A stretch of DNA of 32,000 bases from Fibrobacter succinogenes subsp. succinogenes S85. Its GTDB lineage: Bacteria > Fibrobacterota > Fibrobacteria > Fibrobacterales > Fibrobacteraceae. Made by a program: the position numbers and the translations under genes. Every line of letters starts with the position of its first letter. Position 1 is the stretch's first letter. The notes below the pieces were generated by a model that had not been told where the DNA came from, searched no databases, and saw nothing but the letters and a program-made list of their open reading frames with translations. This document shows positions 1 to 7,699 of this stretch, one piece after another. Where the stretch lies: the NCBI RefSeq assembly GCF_000146505.1, contig NC_017448.1, forward strand, positions 3,780,001-3,812,000. Reading direction: 5' to 3'.

Positions 1-396
1 TACTTGCCCAAGGAAAAGGTCTCGTTCCCGCTCAAGATGAACGTTGATGCCCGCGGCAGCTTCACCGAACTTTTGAAGACGGTGAATTGCGGACAGTTCA
101 GCGTGAACGTGTCCAAGCCGGGAATTACCAAGGGTGAACACTGGCACCACAGCAAGTGGGAATTCTTCATTGTGGTGAGCGGTCGCGCCCTGATTCAGGA
201 ACGCAAGGTCGGCACGGATGAAATTATGGAATTCGAAGTGAGCGGTGATAAGATTGAAGCGGTTCACATGCTCCCGGGTTATACGCACAACATCATCAAC
301 CTCTCGCAGACCGAAAACCTCGTGACTGTCATGTGGGCGAACGAATCCTTTGACCCGAACCACCCGGATACCTTCGGGGAGAAAGTGGTAAAATAA
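1..396 (+). CDS. CapF/FnlB-type capsular L-FucNAc pathway enzyme, C-terminal cupin domain (5' end cut by the window edge)
   Basis: The ORF is open to the window edge. Cupin-like motifs GSFTE, SKPGITKGEHWHH, GYTHNI and MWANESFDPNHPDT match my recollection of the C-terminal half of S. aureus Cap5F/Cap8F. Its stop overlaps the next start (TAATG). Confidence 0.75.
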   Translation, partial: YLPKEKVSFPLKMNVDARGSFTELLKTVNCGQFSVNVSKPGITKGEHWHHSKWEFFIVVSGRALIQERKVGTDEIMEFEVSGDKIEAVHMLPGYTHNIINLSQTENLVTVMWANESFDPNHPDTFGEKVVK

Positions 397-1580
397 TGCA
401 GATTAAAACTGATTACTCTGGTGTGAAATTCGCCGATAACGGCAAGCTGAAACTTTTGATTATCGTGGGTACGCGCCCCGAAATCATCCGCCTCGCGGCA
501 GTCATCAACAAGTGCCGCAAGTACTTTGACTGCGTTCTCGCGCACACCGGCCAGAACTACGATTACAACCTGAACGGCGTGTTCTTCAAGGACTTGAGCC
601 TCAAGGATCCTGAAGTTTACATGGATGCCGTCGGTGATGACCTCGGAGCAACCGTGGGTAACATCATCAATTGCAGCTACAAGCTCATGGTCGCTTGCAA
701 ACCGGACGCATTGCTGATTCTCGGTGATACCAACAGCTGCCTTTCTGCCATTGCCGCAAAGCGCCTGCACATTCCGATTTTCCACATGGAGGCAGGCAAC
801 CGCTGTAAGGACGAATGCCTGCCCGAAGAGACCAACCGCCGCATCGTGGACATCATCAGCGATGTGAACATGGCCTACTCCGAACATGCCCGCCGTTACC
901 TCGCTGACTGCGGCTTGCCCAAGGAACGCACGTACGTGACCGGTAGCCCCATGGCCGAAGTCCTGCACAAGAACCTCGCGCAAATCGAAGCGAGCGACAT
1001 TCACGCCCGCCTCGGCCTCGAAAAGGGCAAGTACATTTTGCTCAGCGCCCACCGCGAAGAAAACATCGACACCGAAAAGAACTTCACGAGCCTCTTTACC
1101 GCCATCAACAAAATGGCCGAAAAGTACGACATGCCGATTCTGTACAGCTGCCACCCGCGCAGCCGTAACCGCCTTGCCGCATCGGGATTCAAGCTCGACA
1201 AGCGCGTGATTCAGCACGAACCGCTCGGATTCCACGACTACAACTGCTTGCAGATGAACGCATTCGCCGTCGTAAGCGACAGCGGCACGCTCCCCGAAGA
1301 AAGCTCCTTCTTCACAAGTGTCGGCCACCCGTTCCCGGCAATCTGCATCCGCACCAGCACGGAACGCCCCGAAGCGCTTGACAAGGCCTGCTTCTTCATC
1401 GCCGGCATCGACGAAAAGTCCCTCTTGCAGGCCGTCGACACCGCCGTCACGATGAACTCCAACGGCGACTACGGCATTCCTGTGCCGGACTACATCGAAG
1501 AAAACGTCTCGACCAAGGTCGTGAAGATCATCCAGAGCTACACCGGCATCGTCAACAAGATGGTGTGGAGAAAGAACTAG
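396..1580 (+). CDS. wecB: UDP-N-acetylglucosamine 2-epimerase family, non-hydrolysing (CapG/FnlC-type by context)
   Basis: 394-aa ORF with GTRPEIIRL, HTGQNYDYNLN, HMEAGNR and SDSG motifs of the non-hydrolysing 2-epimerase fold. It directly follows a CapF-like gene. Confidence 0.85.
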   Translation: MQIKTDYSGVKFADNGKLKLLIIVGTRPEIIRLAAVINKCRKYFDCVLAHTGQNYDYNLNGVFFKDLSLKDPEVYMDAVGDDLGATVGNIINCSYKLMVACKPDALLILGDTNSCLSAIAAKRLHIPIFHMEAGNRCKDECLPEETNRRIVDIISDVNMAYSEHARRYLADCGLPKERTYVTGSPMAEVLHKNLAQIEASDIHARLGLEKGKYILLSAHREENIDTEKNFTSLFTAINKMAEKYDMPILYSCHPRSRNRLAASGFKLDKRVIQHEPLGFHDYNCLQMNAFAVVSDSGTLPEESSFFTSVGHPFPAICIRTSTERPEALDKACFFIAGIDEKSLLQAVDTAVTMNSNGDYGIPVPDYIEENVSTKVVKIIQSYTGIVNKMVWRKN

Positions 1581-1605
1581 TCAAGGCTGGTTGATTGCCG
1601 AATTT

Positions 1606-1640
1606 CAGCACCCCGCAAGAGCAGGGTGCTGTTTGTTTTG
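1606..1640 (+). terminator. Rho-independent terminator of the polysaccharide operon
   Basis: 8-bp stem cagcaccc/gggtgctg (1606-1613 and 1624-1631) with a 10-nt loop, followed by tttgttttg. Confidence 0.7.
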
Positions 1641-1672
1641 CTGGTGCTAGGGGTAAACCGTCACACCCCTAT

Positions 1673-1701
1673 GTCATCCCGGCCTCCGAGCCGGGATTTC
1701 C
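1673..1701 (+). repeat. REP-like hairpin element (gtcatcccggc...gccgggatttcc)
   Basis: 6-bp stem cccggc/gccggg. It has the same 'gtcatcc...' head as the elements at 11186 and 29386. Confidence 0.6.
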
Positions 1702-1759
1702 CTTTGCCGATAAATGGGAGGAGACTCCTCGGAAAAGAGCGAATTTTTATAAGTGGCTT

Positions 1760-1990
1760 GTGGCTCTCAAGAATGACCTGCAAACGCTCTTAGCTCTTGA
1801 AGGACAAGATCGTGTCTATAAATTTATTTCAGATAAATTTGGTGAACGCGTGACAAAAGCGTTGTTTGAAAACATGGGGGCGAGTATGAAAAAGGAATTT
1901 GATAGCGGAAAAGTTAGAATTAGTAAAGCAGGGACAATTGGTTCGGTAGGAGTTTTGGCTTCGCATGGACACACGTTTTATGGGTCGTAG
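1760..1990 (+). pseudogene. ORF fragment with no convincing start, possibly the 5' part of a frameshifted gene continuing at 1965-2264
   Basis: The track ORF 1595-1990 starts at TTG and runs through a terminator and a REP hairpin, so its 5' third is not credible. The first plausible start is GTG 1760. It overlaps the next ORF by 26 nt in another frame. Confidence 0.25.
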
Positions 1991-2264
1991 AAGGACTCCG
2001 ATTGAACAGTTGAGAGACTTGAACGGGAAATATGTTGTTAATCCGAAACCATTGGAATTGGCTGAAGGAGCAACTCGTTTAGAACATGTATATGACAATC
2101 AGAAACAAAGACTATGCCTTTATCATCCTAAGAAAAGACCATGGGATAGATCGATGCTTTTATCTGAAACGGTAATTCCATGGGCGATTGAGTGGCTTTA
2201 TTTCTATGAAATTTGGCTTTGTACTGGTCAATGGTTGGGCGGTGGAGAGCATCCCGTAAGGTAG
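1965..2264 (+). CDS. Hypothetical protein with an E2/UBC-like H-x9-C-L...W motif
   Basis: 99-aa ORF. The segment LEHVYDNQKQRLCLYHPKKRPW has the same His-to-Cys spacing as the E2 signature HPNIxxxGxICL...W. The C-terminus is Trp-rich (IPWAIEWLYFYEIWLCTGQWLGGGEHP). Confidence 0.4.
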   Translation: MDTRFMGRRRTPIEQLRDLNGKYVVNPKPLELAEGATRLEHVYDNQKQRLCLYHPKKRPWDRSMLLSETVIPWAIEWLYFYEIWLCTGQWLGGGEHPVR

Positions 2265-2305
2265 ATGTAATTGCTTTTTTTTTCACGCTTCGGAAAAAAA
2301 ATCCC

Positions 2306-2388
2306 GTTTTGTCACAAACTGTCAAAATGGATTATGTATTTTAGGGGTGTGAAAAGTGCGCTTGTCACGCTAGATGGTTTGACAAGCG
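2306..2388. promoter_or_regulatory. Operator-like TTGTCA half-sites and a 9-bp inverted repeat upstream of the first Panacea antitoxin gene
   Basis: ttttgtcacaaactgtcaaaa (2307-2327), plus a perfect inverted repeat cgcttgtca (2359-2367) and tgacaagcg (2380-2388), lying 31-60 nt upstream of ATG 2419. Confidence 0.3.
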
Positions 2389-2418
2389 TTGAATTAAACT
2401 CTATCTTTGTGGTGTAAA

Positions 2419-2982
2419 ATGAAGACTCTAGAGCAAATAAAGAAAATCGAGAATGTGATACTCTATGTATTGCAGAAGTTTGATGACGGCGTAGACTACA
2501 TCAAGCTTTTCAAGATAATCTATTTTGCCCAAAGGGATTACCTGTGCCGTTTTGGCAAGACTTTGGTCCCAGAAACTTTCAAGGCCAGGATGCATGGCCC
2601 TATCCCGACATTGACCGACAAGGTCATAAAGAATGTCGAAGATGGGGTGGGTGACGATTTCCCCGACTTGAAGGAGTTCATGGAATCCATCAAGGTTGTC
2701 GACCAGAAGGTCTATGCCTTGAAAGAGCCGAATCTGGATTTTATCGCAAAGAAGGAACGCGAGTACCTCGACAAGTGGTTTGACTACTGCAAGGACAAAA
2801 AGTCCTATGACCTGTCCGAGGAATCTCACGATGCTGTTTATCATAGCGTTGTCGCCAGGTCCAAGAAGGATCCTCAGCAGGATGTTATGACGAATATCGA
2901 TATTGCGATGTCCGGTCACGCTTCCGACAAGATGATTGAGTACATCCGCGAAAAAGAACTTCTTGTTGCCGAGTTAGCGTAA
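2419..2982 (+). CDS. Panacea/DUF4065 (SocA/PanA-like) antitoxin domain protein, pair 1
   Basis: The segment IKLFKIIYFAQRDYLCRFGKTLVPETFKARMHGPIP matches the DUF4065 core (KLqKLlYfaq...g.pl....f.aw.hGPV). I prefer ATG 2419 to TTG 2407. Its stop overlaps the next start (TAATG). Confidence 0.75.
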   Translation: MKTLEQIKKIENVILYVLQKFDDGVDYIKLFKIIYFAQRDYLCRFGKTLVPETFKARMHGPIPTLTDKVIKNVEDGVGDDFPDLKEFMESIKVVDQKVYALKEPNLDFIAKKEREYLDKWFDYCKDKKSYDLSEESHDAVYHSVVARSKKDPQQDVMTNIDIAMSGHASDKMIEYIREKELLVAELA

Positions 2983-3473
2983 TGGAAGACAAAAACGGAG
3001 TTCTTGCCAAACTTCATGACGAAGTTTGCGTGGTGAAGTATGCTGAAGACTTGCATGTCGGTGATATCATCTATGTGCAGCTTGATTCGGCGGATGGCAT
3101 TAATACCCAAGGGTATCCCACTAGGCTGAAATATGTTGTTGTTTCCGGAGCTAAGTCGGACCGGAAACAGATTGCTGCAGTTTTGATAAATTCGGAAAAC
3201 GATTATTCCAACGATCCTGAATGGCAAAATGAGCAGTACCTGCTTTCTCAGAAGAATTATGCCGATTTTTTGGAATACGACAGTTGGCTGGACTGTTTTG
3301 AAATTAAGGAACTCAAAGTCCGCAAAATTGTTGCAAGGAAAGCTGAAAAGAAAGGTTGCTTGAATAATTATGACTTGCGTGTCATGATGCAGAAATTGAA
3401 GGATTCTGAATTCATCGACGAACACCTGAAAAAGGTGTACGGGATAAATTCATTTGAGTTGCCTGAAAATTAG
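2982..3473 (+). CDS. Uncharacterised toxin candidate partnered with the Panacea antitoxin, with a MazF/PemK-like sequence pattern
   Basis: 163-aa ORF that is translationally coupled. The order GDIIYVQL...RLKYVVVSG...IAAVLINSE...YDSWLDCFEIKEL...KKGCLNNYDLRVMMQKL parallels MazF (GDIVWVDF...RPAVVLS...CVPCTT...ADQVKSI...KKGTVAPEELQLIKAKI). Confidence 0.6.
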   Translation: MEDKNGVLAKLHDEVCVVKYAEDLHVGDIIYVQLDSADGINTQGYPTRLKYVVVSGAKSDRKQIAAVLINSENDYSNDPEWQNEQYLLSQKNYADFLEYDSWLDCFEIKELKVRKIVARKAEKKGCLNNYDLRVMMQKLKDSEFIDEHLKKVYGINSFELPEN

Positions 3474-3583
3474 TGGGGCGAGGGATAGGTTTATAAACGA
3501 GGAATGCTGACTTCTGCGAAACCGAAGCCATCAACAACCAGGTGTCCTTTTACAAGACCGATACTTTCATAAGGAATAAATAT

Positions 3584-3757
3584 ATGACTTACGAATTTGA
3601 TCTTCATGAAAGCAGGGAAGAAGGAAGGAAAGAAGCTGAGGCTAAGGCGTTGGAAGAGAAAAAAGCCATGGCCAGGGGATTCCGCGATGACGGATTTCCT
3701 TTAGAAGCTATTTCTAAACGAACCGGATTTACAGTCGAAGAAATTAAAGCGTTGTAG
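3584..3757 (+). CDS. Small charged/HTH-like protein resembling the C-terminal tail of Rpn/YhgA-like putative transposases, possibly a gene remnant
   Basis: 57 aa from ATG 3584. The EEGRKEAEAKALEEKKAMARGF...ISKRTGFTVEEIKAL pattern resembles that tail. A strong terminator follows. Confidence 0.4.
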   Translation: MTYEFDLHESREEGRKEAEAKALEEKKAMARGFRDDGFPLEAISKRTGFTVEEIKAL

Positions 3758-3785
3758 CTTTTTTCTGCTTCAAAATCTTTTCTAC

Positions 3786-3818
3786 AGAGCATCGCAAATT
3801 GCGCTGCTCTTTTTTTTG
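3786..3818 (+). terminator. Rho-independent terminator
   Basis: Stem agagca/tgctct with an inner gcaa/ttgc stem (3786-3810), followed by a T8 run. Confidence 0.7.
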
Positions 3819-3831
3819 TTGATGCGGAGTA

Positions 3832-3860
3832 TTGACAAACGGAAAAAACTTGTGTATATT
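3832..3860 (+). promoter_or_regulatory. Sigma70-like promoter candidate for the second Panacea pair
   Basis: TTGACA (3832-3837), a 17-nt spacer, then TATATT (3855-3860). The direct repeat tgtgtatat occurs twice just downstream. The promoter consensus for this phylum is an assumption. Confidence 0.3.
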
Positions 3861-3971
3861 TTATAGTGTACAAATGTGTATATCTGAAGCTTGTGAAAAG
3901 AATGAAACCTTGTTTTGGGGAGATGTTGACTGAATGTATTCTTTTTCATATTTTTATAGAGAAGGTGTTTA

Positions 3972-4514
3972 ATGTCTGCTTTTAAACCGCTATTTGGCAA
4001 AGAGGTCTTGCTTAACGCAGCTTTGTGGGTTGCTACGAAGTTGCCCGAAGACCAATGTCGCTTGCATAAGATTTTTAAAATCTTGTGGTTTGCTGACTTA
4101 TACCACCTGAAAAAATATGGTAGGACTGTTACAGGTGATACCTATATCGCTATGAATAATGGTCCTGTTCCATCTGTTTTATACGATGAAATGAAGTTTA
4201 CGCCTTCGGAAGGAGATGCGTTTCGGAGGTTTGACAAGGGCTCTGAAAAAGGGTTTGTTGTTCCTTTGAAAACTGTTAATTCTGATTTCTTGTCGGAATC
4301 AGATATAGAGGCTTTGTCGTATTCTTTTGATTTGTATAAAGATAAATCATTTGATGAATTAACTCGATTGTCCCATCAGCATGCATGGAATTCTGCACAA
4401 AAATCTGGTATGAATACATCCATCAGGATAGATGAAATTCTGGATGAAATTGGTGCTGATTGCGAATTACGCAAATATGTAAAAGATGATATTCTTTTTA
4501 GGCAGGCTCTTTAA
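3972..4514 (+). CDS. Panacea/DUF4065 (SocA/PanA-like) antitoxin domain protein, pair 2
   Basis: LHKIFKILWFADLYHLKKYGRTVTGDTYIAMNNGPVPSVLYDEM matches the DUF4065 core. The next ORF starts 2 nt downstream. Confidence 0.75.
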   Translation: MSAFKPLFGKEVLLNAALWVATKLPEDQCRLHKIFKILWFADLYHLKKYGRTVTGDTYIAMNNGPVPSVLYDEMKFTPSEGDAFRRFDKGSEKGFVVPLKTVNSDFLSESDIEALSYSFDLYKDKSFDELTRLSHQHAWNSAQKSGMNTSIRIDEILDEIGADCELRKYVKDDILFRQAL

Positions 4515-4516
4515 TT

Positions 4517-4924
4517 ATGGACTTGCCAAAAAAGTTAATAGGGGAATTGTATTCTGAACGCGGTTCTGTCGTGCATTCAGAGATGAATTCTGTGATAAAG
4601 ACGGATCACGGAAAGTATTTGTTGGTAGTTAAGAAAACGGAATCTCTAATTGTATGTTGCTCTATCAATACGAATAGGGTGTATTTCAAACCAGAAGAAT
4701 CTCAGCCTAAAATTCTGAAACGGGAAAATGATTTTCTTGATCATGATTCTTATGTGGATTGTGCTCAGGTTTTTTCGATTGAAATGCAAAAGTTTTATGA
4801 TAATATCAAAACAGGTGTTTTTGTGCCGATAGGTTTTTTGAATAATCTTGCTATGGCAGCTGTTCTTCGTGCCGGGCAGACCTGTAGAGTTTTGAAAAAA
4901 TTCGAGCAGGAATATTTTAAGTAA
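4517..4924 (+). CDS. Uncharacterised toxin candidate, distant paralog of 2982-3473
   Basis: 135-aa ORF. It shares the layout KYLLVVKK...IVCCSINTN...DFLDHDSYVDCAQVFSIE with the first candidate (DS[YW][VL]DC motif). Confidence 0.55.
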   Translation: MDLPKKLIGELYSERGSVVHSEMNSVIKTDHGKYLLVVKKTESLIVCCSINTNRVYFKPEESQPKILKRENDFLDHDSYVDCAQVFSIEMQKFYDNIKTGVFVPIGFLNNLAMAAVLRAGQTCRVLKKFEQEYFK

Positions 4925-4953
4925 AACAATAAATTTAAAATAGGAGAATATAA

Positions 4954-5384
4954 TATGCTGACTACTATATCGCATATTTCGATGTTCTTGGCTGTAAATC
5001 GTTCTTCTCTGGCAATGAACAGGCTGAACTTGAATTCGTACAAAATTTGAAGAAAAAGATAGAGCGTTCTGTGAAGTCTGCGATTTCAATTAATAGTTCG
5101 TTCGTACTGAGTCAACTTGCTGATATGCGAGTGGAATATAAATTGTTTTCAGACAATGTTGCTTTATGGATGTATTGAGAGATAATATAAGCAAGTATTG
5201 TAATTACGACGACATTGATAATAAAAACTCTGATGATGTGGCGGCAAAGGCAAAAGTTATTCGTAAGTACAAATGGCTTGTTGTTTATCATAATCAGTTG
5301 TGCTATATGCATAAAAAAGAAGATTGTATTTTGACCATCAATTATACATTTGATTCTGTAACTTTGAATGAATGCATGAATTAA
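4954..5384 (+). pseudogene. Decayed gene in three consecutive frames, with a palm/class III cyclase-like N-terminal pattern
   Basis: An AGGAG RBS sits before ATG 4955 (31-aa ORF). The open frame 4954-5178 reads YADYYIAYFDVLGCKSFF...(45 aa)...KLFSDNVALW. A third frame covers 5142-5384 (track ORF 5166-5384). Confidence 0.3.
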
Positions 5385-5509
5385 AAGTCTATATGTTATA
5401 GCCTTATTGCTCTTTTAAATAACTTCTGTGGAAGATTGCTTTAATCTTGTTTGGAAGCCGTTGCAAGTAGATTGGTGTGAAATCGCTCCCATGCAAATTA
5501 GATTTGAAT

Positions 5510-7699
5510 ATGAACTACGATTTCTCTGTTTTAAGCGATAATGATTTTCAAGAAATGGTCGATAAACTCTTGATTGGTAAAACAAGAGTCGTTGAACAGT
5601 ATGCCGAAGGCCGTGATAATGGGATTGATGGACTTGTCTATGACCTCCCTAAGGAAACCATCGTTCAAGCGAAACATTATCTTAGGTCTGGTTTTAGCAG
5701 GTTAAAGAGTGTAATAAAAAAAGAGGAATTGCCAAAAATTCAAAACGAGAATATTTCGTGCTATGTTTTAGCGACATCTTTAAATTTATCTCGGAATCAG
5801 GCTGAAACATTAAGAGCTTTGATAAAGAATGTCGTTCAAGACGTAGTTGTTTTGGGTGCGGTTTCAATAAGTGGTCTACTTGACAAAGATCCTGCGACTT
5901 TGAAATCTACCATAAAGTTGTGGGCGACGAACGCCGAAATAGTTAGGATGCTCTTTAAACCCGCTAACATGAACTGTTTTTATGAACTGCAGAACCGATG
6001 GGAAGACTTAAATAATGTGTTTGTTGAAACTCCTGATGTGAAGAATGTGGTGGATTCGCTAGAAAAGAACCATGTAGCTGTAATTGCTGGCGAACCTGGC
6101 GTGGGAAAGACTACTTTGGCTGAATATATTTGTCTTCTTTATTTCAAAGAAGGGTATGAGGTTCATTTCTTTGAGGGTAAGTTTTCGCACGACGATTATG
6201 ATTTAAGTGATACGGAAAAGAAGATTATCTTCTATTTTGATGATTTTTTAGGTAGCACCTATTACAACTGTTTCTCTGGGAAACAGGACTGTTCTATTGT
6301 TAATTTCCTAAAACGGATGTCAAAAGAAAAGAACAAACGATTTATTCTTACTTCTAGGACGAATATCATTCAAAAAGCATGTGCCTATAGCCAAAGATAT
6401 CGAGATTATCGTCTTACGAAACGGGCGTATATAGTTAATGTGGGGGAATACTCTTATTTAACAAAAGCTAGAATTTTGTACAATCATTTGCAAAATTCAA
6501 ATGTGGGGGCTGGTGAAATTGCGAACATTGTGAAAAACAAAGCTTATAAGACGATTGTTGAACATAGAAATTTTAATCCCCGACTAATCCATTTTATTAC
6601 AAAACAGGAGAATTTTGAAGATTCGCAACAAGAACATTATTTAGAGTTCATCATTGAATCATTGGATAATCCTAAAGAAATTTGGGAAAATTGCTTTACA
6701 GGGCAATTAGACTCTTCTCAACGCCTTTTAGTTCAATTAGTTGTTGCTAATCGAGAAAAAATTCAAGAGAGTACGCTCAAGAATGCATATAGTAAAGCGC
6801 TTGTTGTAATGGGTATAAAAATTCCTGAACTGGAACGTAATGATTTTGAATATGTTTTGAGTGGGTGTCTTCGATCTATCTTAAGAAGGGATGTTGAAAT
6901 ATCGGGTGGATGCAAGAAAGCTATTGTTTCTGTGTTTAACCCATCTGTTACCGATTATGTATTGCCCACCATTTTAGAAAGAGATATAATAGTTAAATTG
7001 TGTAGTGTTCTTGGAACGGTTGATTCCATAACAATTATAGAATCAAATGAAGAAAAAATTGATGATGTTCAATCGATCTATAGGGATATTGTAAAAGAGA
7101 TCCCTAAAAAAACGTGGTCAGATGCGAAAATTCGTTTAATTCGCCTTATGGGAAATAAGTGTGGGCTTGTTCCTAATCTGATAAAATATGCTATAAAAAA
7201 TAACGACATAATTACTGATGATAATAAATTTGATTTTTATTTTATCGTTATAGAAAATTTATCCAAATATGACTTTTCTGAATTTATCATATGCTGTGGT
7301 TGGTCTTTTTGTAACGATTATTCGGATTTTGGTGCTATTTTAGAGGGTTATAGAAAAACATCTTTTGCTCAACATTTTGTTATTGAATATCTGCAAGAAT
7401 GTGTGTATGAATCATTGCTTGATGATATTGAAAATATTTTGGGAAATGAAACTGATGCTTTTATATGTACATCATGTGAAGAAGTTGCGGAAGAAATGAA
7501 AATTTTTTTGGAGGAAATCAAAGATACGTATCCATTTTTGAAAGAAGATGAAATTGACTCTATTCGCGAAAATGTTGATTTAAAAAGTATTGTTGATCGA
7601 AATTTTAAATTTTTTGAATCTGCAAAAAATAGTAGTTGCGAGAAAAAAGAGCAAGAAGATATAAAGAATGTTGATGCTTTATTTAGTGGTTTGTTGTAG
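5510..7699 (+). CDS. Mrr-like PD-(D/E)xK nuclease fused to a STAND-type P-loop NTPase with a helical C-terminal region (defence candidate)
   Basis: The N-terminus LSDNDFQEMVDKLL...GRDNGIDG...IVQAKHY has a restriction-endonuclease-like core. Walker A is GEPGVGKTT and Walker B is IIFYFDDFLG. RFILTSR is a STAND/NACHT-like motif. I prefer ATG 5510 to GTG 5477. Confidence 0.8.
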   Translation: MNYDFSVLSDNDFQEMVDKLLIGKTRVVEQYAEGRDNGIDGLVYDLPKETIVQAKHYLRSGFSRLKSVIKKEELPKIQNENISCYVLATSLNLSRNQAETLRALIKNVVQDVVVLGAVSISGLLDKDPATLKSTIKLWATNAEIVRMLFKPANMNCFYELQNRWEDLNNVFVETPDVKNVVDSLEKNHVAVIAGEPGVGKTTLAEYICLLYFKEGYEVHFFEGKFSHDDYDLSDTEKKIIFYFDDFLGSTYYNCFSGKQDCSIVNFLKRMSKEKNKRFILTSRTNIIQKACAYSQRYRDYRLTKRAYIVNVGEYSYLTKARILYNHLQNSNVGAGEIANIVKNKAYKTIVEHRNFNPRLIHFITKQENFEDSQQEHYLEFIIESLDNPKEIWENCFTGQLDSSQRLLVQLVVANREKIQESTLKNAYSKALVVMGIKIPELERNDFEYVLSGCLRSILRRDVEISGGCKKAIVSVFNPSVTDYVLPTILERDIIVKLCSVLGTVDSITIIESNEEKIDDVQSIYRDIVKEIPKKTWSDAKIRLIRLMGNKCGLVPNLIKYAIKNNDIITDDNKFDFYFIVIENLSKYDFSEFIICCGWSFCNDYSDFGAILEGYRKTSFAQHFVIEYLQECVYESLLDDIENILGNETDAFICTSCEEVAEEMKIFLEEIKDTYPFLKEDEIDSIRENVDLKSIVDRNFKFFESAKNSSCEKKEQEDIKNVDALFSGLL

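Noticed and set aside
279-1328. 349-aa ORF on the minus strand, antisense to the 2-epimerase gene
   Set aside because: It is a shadow ORF fully inside a well-supported plus-strand gene. Its composition is biased to A/V/G/H/F and it contains no recognisable motifs.
1595-1759. The 5' part of track ORF 1595-1990 (TTG start)
   Set aside because: It runs through a rho-independent terminator (1606-1640) and a REP-like hairpin (1673-1701), so translation from 1595 is implausible.
2273-2305. T9-cacgcttcgg-A8 as a terminator after ORF 1965-2264
   Set aside because: The stem would be purely A:T and there is no GC clamp. It is at best a weak bidirectional structure.
3542-3583. GTG start extending the small ORF at 3584-3757
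   Set aside because: ATG 3584 is preceded by an A-rich, Shine-Dalgarno-like aggaataaatat. The extension has no recognisable features.
5477-5509. GTG start for the nuclease-STAND gene
   Set aside because: ATG 5510 gives an N-terminus (MNYDFSVLSDNDF) typical of Mrr-like domains. The 11 extra residues add nothing recognisable. This choice remains uncertain.
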